A stretch of DNA of 64,000 bases from Scyliorhinus canicula (taxonomy: Eukaryota). Below the pieces are notes generated by a model. It saw nothing but the letters and a program-made list of their open reading frames with translations. It was not told the origin of the DNA and searched no databases. Location: NCBI RefSeq assembly GCF_902713615.1, contig NC_052152.1, forward strand, positions 37,919,810-37,983,809, in the 5' to 3' direction. The position numbers were made by a program, and so were the translations under genes. Below, piece by piece: positions 1 through 11,919 of this stretch (the first letter of the stretch is position 1; each line of letters begins with the position of its first letter).

Positions 1-39
1 TTAATGAATGCCTTTTGAACACATCTGTACAAATACTAC

Positions 40-793
40 GGCATGATTTAACCAATGGAAACAAAGTCCCACAACGAGCGTGTTTAGCTACTTGTTCCCC
101 AGCGCTCGCAGACCCGAGAAGCACAATGCCATAAAACGACACTCGCGTGAGATAGGGGACCTCAGCGGGGAACGCACAGCTGAGGTCGCACATAGCCATA
201 TTTTGTGTACTGAGGAGCTCTGTTCGCTGGAACTCTTCAGTGTCGTGATAAATCGGGACGCCATTTTTCAATGGCATTCCGATCTCTGGAACCCCTGAAG
301 CGACCCCTCCCTCAGCCCCAATGCAAAATGGGAGGTTCATGGCACCCCCACACACCCATGCAGGGCACCCCAGGCCAGCCTGGCACCTTGGCAGTGGCCC
401 TGTCAGCTGGCAGTACCACTTGGGCACCTTGGCAGTGCCAAGGCAGCAGTACCAGGCTACCACCCTACCCAAATGGCATGCACCCAGGGCCCCCGAGAGA
501 CCCTGATGAGCGTTCTCCCGTTTGCGGAGACCAGTACTGAATGGTGCTCACCCGAGTTCTCTGAGGCGAGGGAGATTGATCCCATGCCTCGGGTACCTCA
601 GGAATTAGCTGTCTCGCTTTAATATGCAGATTTGCTAAAAAATGATCCTGTCCAAAATGGGCAGAATTTACATTGCAACATGATCACTCGAGGCATTGCA
701 TGGCAGCCGATCCCGACAGCAGGGTCTCCCAGCTTTGATCGGCCACGCTGCGCCATGGCGATTTGCCTTTCAGGCACAGCGTGACCATAAAAT
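40..793. mobile_element. Older GC-rich non-autonomous DNA transposon remnant
   Basis: CpG-rich block with internal GGCAC/GTGCC repeats and degenerate GGCATGATTTA...TAAAATC ends. Confidence 0.4.
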
Positions 794-1130
794 CTTTAAC
801 GTATTTAGATCAGATGTTATGATACACTTTGCAGTTTCATAGGAAAGCTTTTAAATAGAAATGTACGGCAAGGGTAAATACATTTTATCCAAAGTTTTTC
901 ATCCTCCATTTCTACAGTGCCTTAAAGGAAATGTCCCAAAAGTGGAAAATAAAAATATCAAGCTATGGAAGACTGAGGTAGGATAGAAGCAGACAGAAGT
1001 AGGAAATCCTTGTGATGGAGAGGAAATAAGGTTGAAAATTCAGATTGCGGTTGCGAAAAAATCTGGTTTAATCTGAGACAGTTCCCACAGAAAGGGGTAG
1101 AGTGAATGGTGATGTGTGTGGAATTGACTC

Positions 1131-1660
1131 TTACCAACTTTTATAGGTGCACCATAGAAAGCATCCTATCTGGCTGAATCACAGCCTGGTATGGCAACTG
1201 CTCAGCCCAAGACTGCAAGAAACTTCAGAGAGTCGTGAACACCGCCCAGTCCATCACACAAACCCGCCTCACAACTATTGACTCCATCTACACCTCCTGC
1301 TGCCTGGGGAAAGTGGGCAGCATAATCAAAGACCCTTCCCACCCGGCTTACTCACTATTGCAACTTCTTCCATCGGGCAGGAGATACAAAAGACTGAGAA
1401 CACGCACGAACAGATTCAAAAACAGCTTCTTCTCTGCTGTTACCAGAGTCCCAAACGACCCTCTTATGGACTGATCTGATTAACACTACACTCCTGTATC
1501 TTCACCCAATGCCAGTGTCTATGTATTTACATTGTGTACCTGGTGTTGCCCTATTATGTATTTTCCTTTCATATACCAAATGATCTGTTTGAGCTGTACG
1601 CAGGAAAATACTTTTCACTGTATCTCAGTACATGTGACAATAAACAAATCAAAATCAAAA
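1131..1660 (+). mobile_element. Rex1/Babar LINE 3' end
   Basis: FYRCTIESIL...WYGNCS...LLPSGRRY...RFKNSFF; AATAAA then (AATCA)n tail. Confidence 0.8.
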
Positions 1661-2668
1661 TTTTTACATGGAGCAAAGGCTTTGATTTGGGTCTTTCCAA
1701 TCCATAAACCTTTCCACCTCCTTCTCTCTCCTGCAACATCTCCTTAAAATCCATCTTTTAGGCCATGGATGCCACATTCAACACAGGACAAGCAACGGAG
1801 AGTTCATGAAGTACAGTTTGCATAAGTGACTTAATAATGCTGACCACCTGTCTCAGGAAGCTGTTGTCAAGGGCAACTAAAAAGGTGAGCAAGAGGAGGG
1901 GCCAAGAGTGGATCTCTGAATGACTTGAAAGGCAATTATGCAAGGATGGGAAGGGAAACCACCTTTCCACAGAGCTGAATGGTAGAATCAACTCCATTGA
2001 AAGCTAGCTAAAGTTTGAGAAGGATAATACACTACCGGTAAACATCACCAGCAGCATATATTTATAGAGTGCCTTCAACGCATTAAAAATGGTGCTTCAC
2101 AGGAATAGTATTAAATAAAACCTGGCACAGAGCCACAGAAGTGGATACTAGGCAAGATGGCCAACAGTTTGGTGTGATAGGTAGGTTTTAAGGAACTTCT
2201 TAAAGAAAGGAAGAGAGGAAGTGAGGTTTAATAAGGGAATTCCAGATCTCTGTCCCAAATGGCTCCCTTCTATGCCATGTTTCTAGTTTTGACATCTGAC
2301 CGTTATTGCAGAAATTACACTGGAGCAGAAGTAAGGAAGTCATACATTTCCCATCAACTATCTTTTTTATTTATTTATTTTTTAAATTTAGAATACCCAA
2401 TTCTTTTTTTTTTTTCCAATTAAGGGGTAATTTAGCGTGGCCAATTTCACCCTGCACAACCTTTTGGATTGTGTGGGGGGGGGGGGTGAGACCCACACAG
2501 ACACGGGGGGAATATGCAAACTCCACACGGACAGTGACCTGGGGCCGGGATTGAACACGGGTTCTCGGCGACTTGAGGCAGCAGTGCTAACGGCTGCACC
2601 ACCGTGCTGCCCACCCCATCAACCATGGACCATCTACTATGTTTTCTGTCACACATTTATTTCCTTAC

Positions 2669-2813
2669 CTGTGTGAACACTATTGTGTTCCTGAAGACTA
2701 CGTTTTGTAGCAAATGATTTTTCACATATTTCACAACTGAATTCCCTTTTACCCTCATGATGAGCCATGTGCAGTCTTAAACTATGTTTATAGCCAAAGG
2801 TCTTTCCACATAT
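2669..2813 (-). CDS. ZBTB11: ZBTB11 coding exon 7 (145 bp; C2H2 fingers); later exons lie left of the window
   Basis: Hand-translated: tttttag|ICGKTFGYKHSLRLHMAHHEGKREFSCEICEKSFATKRSLQEHNSVHT G|GTAAGG. Confidence 0.94.
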
Positions 2814-2904
2814 CTAAAAAATTGAGAAAATAAAGTTAAAACACTGGAACATTCTTTATGTTTCACAATAAACAATCTAAAGTCATCCAATCCTGTGACG
2901 AATG

Positions 2905-3620
2905 TGTTGACTCTCTCGCTGGTAAGAAGAATAAAGGCACAGACTATTTTCTAACTGGGGAAAGGCTTTGGAAATCTGAAGCACAAAGGGACTGATTCAG
3001 GATTCCCTTAAGGTTAACATGCAGGTTCAGTTGGCAGTTAGGAAGGCAAATGCAAGGTTAGCATTCATTTCGAGAGGGCTAGAATACATGAGCAGGGATG
3101 TACTTCTGAGGCTATATAAGGCTTTGCTCAGACCTCTTTGGAATATTGGCCCGTTTTGGGCCCCGTATCTAAGGAAGGATGTGCTGGTCTTGGAAAGGGT
3201 CCAGAGGAGGTTCAGAAGAATGAGCCCTGGAATGAAAGCTTGCCATATGATGAGCGGGTGAGGACTCTGGGTCTGTACTCGATGGAGTTTAGATGGATTG
3301 GGGGGGGGGGGAGATTTCATTGAAACTTATAGAATACCGAGAGGCCGAAATAGGGTGGACGTGGAAAAGATGTTTCCACTGGTAGGAAAGACTAGAACTA
3401 GAGGACACAGCCTCTTACTGAAGGGACAATCCTTTAAAACTGGGGAGGAGGAGCAATTTCTTCAGCCAAGAGGGTGGTGAATCTGTGGAATTCATTGCCG
3501 CAGAAGGGCTTATGGGGAGAAGGCAGTAAAATGGGGATGAAAAATATATCAGCCGTGATCAAATGGCAGAGCAGACTTGATGGGCCAAATGGCCGAATTC
3601 TGCTCCTATATCTTATAGTC
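2905..3620 (+). mobile_element. CR1 LINE 3' fragment
   Basis: KANARLAFISRG...LRLYKAL...LERVQRRF...TRGHS; CR1 3' hairpin GATGGGCCAAATGGCC; similar pieces at about 3945-4380 (-), 33980-34850 (+) and 35400-37640 (+). Confidence 0.85.
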
Positions 3621-4563
3621 TATTGAATCGCAAACTGTGCCATTATTCAAACCCAAGTCAAACCTGTTCCAGTCATCAACCAGTTTCTGCATTCGTCACT
3701 GTACAGAAATAAGAGGGAATTCTGCCAATTTTCTCTTTGTTGACACAATAGTGCAGTGGACAACTGTAGCATCACTATCAGCTCCACAGCGGAAACCAGC
3801 TAACCAGTACAGACCTGAAATCAAGCTTGGAGACTTAATGATTTGTTTAAAGATGGAAGCTATAACTCTTGGAACATTGGGTTGATTGTATTAATTTGAA
3901 GAAACGGAACAATTTTACACAATTTTTTATGTTGATACGATTTAGAAGCAGCAGCAGGCCATTCAGCCCCTCGAGCCTGCTCCAGCATTCAATAAGATCA
4001 TGGCTGGTCTGATTGTGGCCTCAACTTCACATTCCACGTACCCCCATAACCTGTGACTCCAACTTAGTTGAGAATTTATCTACCTACGCCTTAAAAACTC
4101 ATTGACCCTGCCGCCAGCATTCTCTGGGGAAGAGGATACCAAAAGTTCATTGATCTCAAAGGAAAGATTCTCATCTCTGCCTTAAATGGGGGATCCCTTA
4201 TTTTTATTTGAAGTTCTAGTCTCTCCTAACTGTAGTAAAGTATCCCTATTTCAATATTACATTCCTCTTACATTAAACAACAACATTCCATTTGTCTTCC
4301 TAATCACTTGCAGTACCCTGCATATTAATTTACTGTGATTCATGTACCAGGAAACCCAGATCCCTCTGTACACTGAGCATGTCAAGTGTCTGCAATGTAA
4401 AAAATACTGCTGGTCTTAGCTTTATTTTTCACTTAATTCTTCCATCACTATAACAATGTACACTTATATAGTATTTTTTAAACATAGAAAAATATCTCTC
4501 GTCACTATTACTGAAAAGTTGTCTTTAAAATATGAACTGAAATCTATCATAATAGATTCTCAC

Positions 4564-4770
4564 CTTGCAAACATGTGGCTTGACACCTGTGTGTTTAAGC
4601 ATATGAAGTCGTAGATTATATGGTTTGGGCAATGTTTTTCCGCAGATATCACAGATGAACTGTCGCTTTGTCCTTCCTCCAGGACTCTCATCTATTTGCT
4701 CGTTGTTCCGTTTGTGCCGTAGAAGATGAGATAGGAGTGACGCTTTATAGAGGAATTCCTTCTCACAGAG
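4564..4770 (-). CDS. ZBTB11: ZBTB11 coding exon 6 (207 bp; C2H2 fingers)
   Basis: Hand-translated, absent from ORF track: ctttag|LCEKEFLYKASLLSHLLRHK...RTKRQFICDICGKTLPKPYNLRLHMLKHTGVKPHVCK|GTGAGA. Confidence 0.94.
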
Positions 4771-5692
4771 CTAAAGCAATAGGGAAATAGTTAACTAAGA
4801 TTGCTGTCATAGTAGAAAAAGTCTTGACACAAGAGTGCAAGCTTCAAAGATTGCATGAATTTTAATTACCAAGTTTGTTTTCTTCTAGGGTGGCACAGTG
4901 GTTAGCACTGCTGCCTTACAGCGCCAAAGACCCGGGTCCGATCCTGGTCACGGTTAATGTGAAGTTTGCACATTCTCCCCGTGATTGCGTGGGTCTCACC
5001 CCCACAACCCAAAGATGTGCAGGGTAGATGGATTGGTCATGCTAAATTGCCCCTGAATTGGAAATTTAAAAAGTTTGTTTTCTTCCGCCGATACTTCCTC
5101 CTTTCAGGAAAGTACATCTCCAGAGGCATCAATTGCCATTTGATACCTAGCTCAAGAAGCCACTCGTCATTTGTGGACACCCAGAATGTGTGTTGTTGCA
5201 TCATAGGAAGTCATCAGAGACAAGTTCGATCATAGATGTTAGCATATATGCACAACGGAGTTAAGATGAATTAATTCAGTACAAAATAGATGTAGATCTA
5301 TATGGACCAGTACCATATAATGCCTAAAGATTTAATTTTGAAGCCATAAATAAAATTAGTCGCCGATTTTAGGAAAAAATCCGATATGTCTTGTTCTTCC
5401 TCACCATCCTTACTACAGATCTGAAGTATCAGGACATAAGTCATTCGCTAATAGGTGCAAAAAACACCTTTATTGCAGGTAACAATAATATACATTAGCA
5501 AATGAGCAGCTTTATTGGAATGAAGACAGTAAAAGTATTACACAAGTAATTTTGCTCTGAGTCTAAAATTTGGATTCTGTGGACATTTACAGAAACTACA
5601 CAGAACCAAAATAATTAGCTCCATCAGCGACCCAAGGCAATACTAGAGTAATTATTGAATTAGATTTTGTTTTTAATCCTCAGAATTCTTAC

Positions 5693-5869
5693 CGGACATT
5701 TAAATTCTTTGGTTCTGTTGTGGGTCATGATATGCATCATCAAGGTGTAACGTTTTGGGAAGGTCTTTCCACATTCATTACATTTGTGCTCCATCTCTAC
5801 ATCATCTCCCTCTATGGCTGTTCGTTTTGGTTGCATCTTTCTACCCCTCTTCACCAATTTCTGGGCAAC
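5693..5869 (-). CDS. ZBTB11: ZBTB11 coding exon 5 (177 bp; first C2H2 finger)
   Basis: ccccag|VAQKLVKRGRKMQPKR...HKCNECGKTFPKRYTLMMHIMTHNRTKEFKCP|GTAAGA. Confidence 0.95.
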
Positions 5870-6574
5870 CTGGGGAAGAAATACTTTCACACGTTAGTGG
5901 GTTAAGAAGTACAAGGCTTAAGTAATGCAACCTCACAGCTCATTTTATAGGCTTTCAGAGCACCGTACAGTTCTATTTTGTGATGACACATCAGGATTGT
6001 CCAACATCTTTTTGCTCAGGCGGCCACATTTGCATGTTTTTCTTACTAGAGGGCCAACGAGCAAATTTTAGAAAGATTAACACATTTCGGAAAGATAACG
6101 TTTGCTAAAACAATTAAATGAATTTTCAGTTTAAAATAATGTCATAGCAAGAAATTGCTGTGTTAAAAAAAGAGTAAGCAATAAAAGATTGTCAGAATGT
6201 TGGAGGGTCAGTGTACGTGGATGCGAGTGCGTGCATATGTGTTGGTGTGTGGCGGTCAGAGTGAGTGAGAAAAGGGAAAACTAGCATAAGGCAGACTCAC
6301 ACAGCCCCACCCACACTCCCACCCGGTCAGTCAGAAATTTCACCCAGGAGATGTGGGAGACAAGCCAGGAATAATCAGGTCTGGAGGTAACAAATGCATG
6401 GATGAGGGTTTCAGCAGTAGACAAGATGAGTTAGGGGTGGAGACAGGGAGATGTAATCGAGGTTGGAACAGGCAGTCTTAGTGACAGCATGGATGTGGTT
6501 GAAAGCTCATTATGTCTGTGAACACTCTGACTCAACCTCAGATAGTTTCCAGAACGCTTTTCTCTTTTTCAAAT

Positions 6575-6755
6575 AGCATCATAGGATTTTTCTAAACATC
6601 ATAGGTGGTTTAATGCCTCCTGAAAGGCAGAACCTGTGATAATACTGCACTCCTTCAGTACTATTAAAATGTCAGCCAAGATTATGTGCTAAGTCCAGGA
6701 GGATGGCTTCAACTACAAGCTTTTGACTCAGGGCTACAAAGTTGTCACGGAATCA
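6575..6755 (-). mobile_element. Ancient Deu-domain-like SINE fragment
   Basis: GCACTCCTTCAGTACT...TGTCAGCCAAGATT resembles the reverse complement of the SacSINE/AmnSINE core (from memory). Confidence 0.45.
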
Positions 6756-6868
6756 AGCACATTGTATTATACATTTTCATTTCAACTAAAATGAAAAAAT
6801 AGTTTCCCCACAAGTCAATCTATACTGGAATTTATACATGAAGATTGTTTCATACTTCACATATCCTT

Positions 6869-7068
6869 GTAAGAAGTCTTACAACACCAGGTTAAAGTCC
6901 AACAGGTTTGTTTCAAACACGAGCTTTCGGAGCACGGCTCCTTCTTCACCTGAAGAAGGAGCCGTGCTCCGAAAGCTCGTGTTTGAAACAAACCTGTTGG
7001 ACTTTAACCTGGTGTTGTAAGACTTCTTACTGTGCTCACCCCAGTCCAACGCCGGCATCTCCACATCA
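6869..7068 (+). mobile_element. Penelope-like element terminus with perfect 80-bp inverted repeat
   Basis: Arms 6869-6948 and 6951-7030 with a 2-nt spacer, plus a 38-nt unpaired tail; TSD TCACATATCCTT(G) at 6857 and 7069. Confidence 0.88.
6947..6981 (+). ncRNA. Minimal type-I hammerhead ribozyme motif
   Basis: CAC-CTGAAGA-A-GGAGC(CGT)GCTCC-GAAA-GC-TC-GTG: core boxes, stem II, 3-bp stem I, palindromic AGCT stem III. Confidence 0.7.
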
Positions 7069-8365
7069 TCACATATCCTTGACTTTAAATAATTTCACTT
7101 GCTCAAAGGAATATTATGCACATTATTTAAAGTACTGCCTGTTTATACCCCAAACTACATGTGTATGAGCACAAAAACTGTCAAAAAGCCGCAGTGCTTC
7201 AGTAGTTTCACTGCCTTTGAAAAAAAATCACACTGAGCCTATTAAAGCTCAGAGCGAAAACCTTGTTAAATAATCTCTTAACCGAGCCTATTTTTGAAAC
7301 CAATTGACAGTTGAAAGACTGTGTAACTCGTGAAAACAAAAGGTTAAAAAAATGTTGACAAATAAATAGGCCCAGAGCACAAGTTTTCCTCTGCCCTTTC
7401 AATCAATCCAGAATATGCATTTCAATCACTGGCCTCCCAGGTTGAAGGGGGTACAACACTCTCTCTGTAAAACACTTATATTGTTTCTATTTTTCTTTTA
7501 TATCCCCTAAATCTAACATTGCCTAAGGAACTGGATCAGCTGCAAGAATCTTGTTTCGATCATGATAGGTCAAGCCAATTGTGACACCCACTCACTATCA
7601 GTAAACTTAGTTTGTCCCTGTGGCTCAACTACTCACTGAAGCACTGATGGAGAAACCATCTTTTTTACTTGTTTTAGATAACAGCTCACTTTATTGAAAT
7701 TGTAAGAACAAAAATAATTCTTCCAAAATATTAGTATATTGGCCATTTAATCAGTGCTGAAAATCTAGAGCTCGCTCATAAAGGGCAAAGTGGAGGGCAG
7801 CAGAAAGAGAAGTTGACTACGGCTTAGTTGGACCTCGCAGACTGCTTGTAGACAAGCCACAGTGTTGTGCGACGGTGGCGCAAGACAGATGAGCTTGACA
7901 CACAAAGACAGCAGATCTCTAGTAGCAGCAGTATTCTTAATTATTTTGTGCCATTTATAATGCAAATAAACCCCAACCATTTCTAATTATACAGAAAATT
8001 ATTGCTAAGTCGCTCCACTTAAAATTATTTTGCTTTAATGTTTTTCATTGTGTAGGATCTTTTTAAAATCAATTTGCTTCACCATTTTCGGTTTTATGCC
8101 GTTTGCATCCTGGCCCTGGACCTCGCCCCCACTGGCTCAGTTGCTGCCACATTCTGTTGCTGGAGCCGCTGCTGCAGTCAGGCCCAGGCTGCAGGGAGAA
8201 TGTGAGGTCTGACATCCAGGAATAGGAGCGCAAGGCAGTGTTGGGACGGTGCCAGCCACTGATCAGGTGATTAAATGTGAGTAACCCAGAGTTGGGGCTT
8301 GGTAAGGTTTCCCTGTATACTGTCAGAAAGGAGACCACACTCTGGGCAGACAGAAAGTGGCAGAG

Positions 8366-8552
8366 GTAGAGAGAGAGGTGGAGAGAGAGAGGGGGGAAAG
8401 AGAGAGACTGAGAGAGAGAGAAGGGAGAGAAAAAGAGAGAGGGGTAGAGAGAGAGGGGAAGAAGAGGGGGGGGGGAAGAGAGGGGAAGAAGAGAGGGGGA
8501 AGAGAGGGGGGAAAGAGAGAGGGGCAGAGAGAGAGAGAGAGGAGAGAGGGAA
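8366..8552. repeat. Polypurine (GA/GGA-rich) low-complexity tract
   Basis: About 185 bp almost entirely G and A on the + strand. Confidence 0.95.
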
Positions 8553-9060
8553 GTAAGCAAAAGTTGAGTGGAGGTTGAGGAGTGCGGTGGGGATGAGGCA
8601 CAGATGCTGAGCTACTCCTGGCTTGTTTGGGTGATTCAGTGTTACCTAATTTGAATGCATATAGCATTTCTGTTATATTCAGTAATTTATTCTATTTTGC
8701 AAATTATTCCTATTAGGAATGCACTGTGCTGAACAATAGATATATCAACATCTACATTGGACATTTCTTGCCTAGTAAAATCAAAGGAACCTAACTCTTG
8801 CTACAGTATTAATTCCGATGGGAACCCATGATTCACTGAAAGTCACAATTTCAGGAATACAGCCACACCCGAGGGCTTCCTGTAGCTTTGTATTCAGGGT
8901 CTTAATATTGCTTAACCCAATATTCTGCAAAAATCAGACAAGGAGTGTATGTAGTAAACTACAAACATTAGGCAACATGATAATAGACTAGGATTATTAT
9001 ATCTGCAAAATACCCATTACCCAAAACTTCCTTAACAGTCCACAGTTTAAAATTTCATAC

Positions 9061-9974
9061 CTGTTGTGTTGCAGATTTCAGGTTAGTTTTCCTGGCCCTC
9101 AGCTTCTTCTCAGTACCTTTGTGCAATCGAATGTATCCACCTTCAGCCAGTGTACGCTGTCGTAATCTGCTTTTGTAAGTATCATCTAAGAGGCATTTGG
9201 AAGAAGAAGCAACAGCAACTTTCGGAATTTTCTGTTTGTCATGCAGTTTTGGTGGCCTACCACGCTTTCGTTTTGGCACATCTGACACATTGCTATTCAG
9301 GGTGTCCACAGACTCCTCTTTGACTTGATTTTCATTCTCATTACCATTAACAACAGGTGTGTCCAGCTGTACATCATCAGTGGGAGTTTCTGTCACTTCC
9401 TTGACATTAATCTCTGTGCTTTCCAGATCTGGCACACTTCTAGTGGACTCCACAGGTTCAGTTTGGTCATTAGCCTGGCTGTTTTCATCATTATTACCTT
9501 CTGCAGGACACTCCAGACTATCTTGACTTGGCTGAACTGTCAGTTCTTCAGCTGCCGGTGTCTCTTCTGATTCATGCACTACAGCTTCATTCAGGATCTC
9601 ATCTTCCATATTGGATGGAGGGGCTTCAGCGGGTACAGGAATTTGTACAGACTTCTGAAGTACCACGGTTATGGAGCCATCTGCAGCATTTTCATTAGTT
9701 TCAGGCTCCTGATGTTCCAAAGTATTAACATCCATAGGCACCTCCGCATCTGGGGTGTTAATTCTAGAATTAAGAGTTTTCACATCTCCTTTTTGGTACA
9801 CTGTAATTTTCCTTTCTTCCAGTTGCTTGTGTACATGCTCGCACATCTCCAGAACCTCATGCATCAATAGGTGTCGTGCCAGTGTGGCAACATCAGCCAT
9901 GTGGCAGAAATCAAATGCCAACACAGATGTGTAGGCAAATTCCAACAATGGCAGAAAACTTGTCTTATTAAACC
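9061..9974 (-). CDS. ZBTB11: ZBTB11 coding exon 4 (914 bp; BTB C-half, acidic linker, AT-hook-like KRKRGRPPK)
   Basis: cctag| acceptor; FNKTSFLPLLEFAYTS...YKSRLRQRTLAEGGYIRLHKG...KSATQQ; donor GTATGA; phase 1 in, phase 0 out. Confidence 0.95.
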
Positions 9975-10228
9975 CTAGGAAAGAATTAAAAGTGCAGTAT
10001 TTTACATAACATCTCAATTAATTTTTTAAATCAGAGTGATCATCCGTTTCTTTCAGTTTTTGGGAGGGAAATGTGAGGTAGGTTCACTGCAGTATGCCAA
10101 AAGCCAAATGTGAAAACCTGATGACAACAAAATTAAGGAGGAGTCAAATCAGAGGAGAAAATAGTTCCACATAAGCAAGTTTATCAAATCTATTATCATT
10201 CAATTCAAAATGTTAAGAAAGAAAAGCT

Positions 10229-10448
10229 TTTAAAAATAAATTTAGAGTTCCCAATTAATTTTTTCCAATTAAGGGGCAATTTAGCGGGGCCAATCCACCT
10301 ACCCTGCACATCTTTGGGTTGTGGGGGCGAAACCCACGCAAACACGGAGAGAATGTGCAAACTCCACACGGACAGTGACCCAGAGCCGGGATCGAACCTG
10401 AGACCTTGGCGCCGAACCTGCTACCCACTGCGCCACTGTGCTGCCCAC
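10229..10448 (-). mobile_element. Short tRNA SINE with AT-rich tail
   Basis: 16-bp TSD TTAAGAAAGAAAAGCT; family also at about 2365-2612, 4888-5070, 12382-12610, 35655-35840, 36065-36268, 39230-39422 and 49156-49363. Confidence 0.85.
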
Positions 10449-11687
10449 TTAAGAAAGAAAAGCTAATTTATTTTGATATAACATGAAATAATAACATGGA
10501 ATCCATCATGCCAAAGTGAAAATAATTATGAATATACCAATTCCAAATAGATGGCAGCTTACTGTGTTCAAGCACCAACATGAAATGCTGGTTTGATTCC
10601 AAAATCTCAGTTTCAGCTCTGTCACTGCAGGTATCACTGACCAAGAAACCATGAAATGGGGAACAAATGAGAATACAGCACCTTTCACATTTAATGGGGG
10701 CTGCTACAACACATTGCTGGTGATATCTCGGACTGAATTGCCTGGCCTCTTATCGTGTGCATGCACCAAGATAATTAAACAGGTTGTAATACAGAAATAA
10801 AGCAGGATATAATTCAAATTGCAACTACAGCATTTCTGCAATTAAACTGCAAGGTTACAAGACTATTCAATGAACTTCATGACTTCCCTCACACCTAATT
10901 TCTGATCATTATTACCATTTATCACGGAAATGTAAACGTGAACAAAAGCGGGAGGACGATGAACTTCAAACTATTTGCAATCATTTTAAAAATCAAAGTG
11001 ATTACCAAGTTCTTTCCGGTCTTGTAGGACCAACTGAGGAACGTCCACTGCAGTATATTTGAAGCCCGCTGACAACAAAATTAATGAGCAAAATTCACCA
11101 ATGGGGAAAAATAAGTTGCACATAAGCTGTCAGAAACCACCTCATTCAATTCAGGATAAGAAAGTAAAGTTAAATATATTAGATTTTGATTCATTACTTG
11201 GAGTCGACTGTCTCTGACTTGGCGGCAGGTAGCAGAGGATGGTTCAGTTTATAATTAAATAACTGGGCTGTCATTGGAGCTATCAAGGTACAGCACATAA
11301 GGGTGATCATCAGCCCCTGTGGAATTGTACTGCAGCTGGGTCATGTGGGGACGATATGCCTTCAGGTCTTGAAGGTAACAAAAATAGGCCCAAGAAGAGA
11401 GAGGAGTGTCAGAGTGAAAGAAAAGAAAAACAAACATATCTTAATTACATTCTGGCACTGGCTACATTAAATCCATCAGAATTAACATGCTTTAATTAAC
11501 ACTGACCATGGCCAAATAGGATTTAATAGTCTCGTACTTCTGATGGAACAAAGCATGCACATTCTACTCAGCAAGAATAAACCCTCACTCCTTAGCAAAC
11601 GTGAAACCACTTACTGTTGTACCGATAATAATTACTACAATTCATAGCCATAATGATCACCTACAAAATTATTTAATTATTCCATAC

Positions 11688-11919
11688 CTGAAAGATCGAC
11701 AACAGCTTCATGACTGGAGACTGCCCCTTTTTCAATGAAGAGTTCTCGAAAATATTCGCTGCTTGCTGCCAGAATGGACTTGTGTGCTTTGTACTCCTCT
11801 CCCTCAATCAGGAGTGTGACATCACAGAACTGGTTGAATAGCCTCTGAACATTCAATTGCTCTAACACTAATTGACAGTGCTTTTCAGATTCCTGCTTCA
11901 CAAGGCCTTTGCTATCCAC
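11688..11919 (-). CDS. ZBTB11: ZBTB11 coding exon 3 (232 bp; BTB/POZ N-half)
   Basis: attcag|VDSKGLVKQESEKHCQLVLEQLNVQRLFNQFCDVTLLIEGEEYKAHKSILAASSEYF...VDLS G|GTATGG; BTB signature. Confidence 0.96.

Noticed and set aside
5992-6060. hAT/Charlie-like left end (CAGGATTGTCCAAC...GGCCACATT)
   Set aside because: No matching right TIR or TSD could be located.
6838-7064. Mirror-image ORFs on both strands
   Set aside because: A direct consequence of the palindrome.
8069-8667. Overlapping 70-160 aa ORFs
   Set aside because: Artefacts of the GA-rich low-complexity tract.
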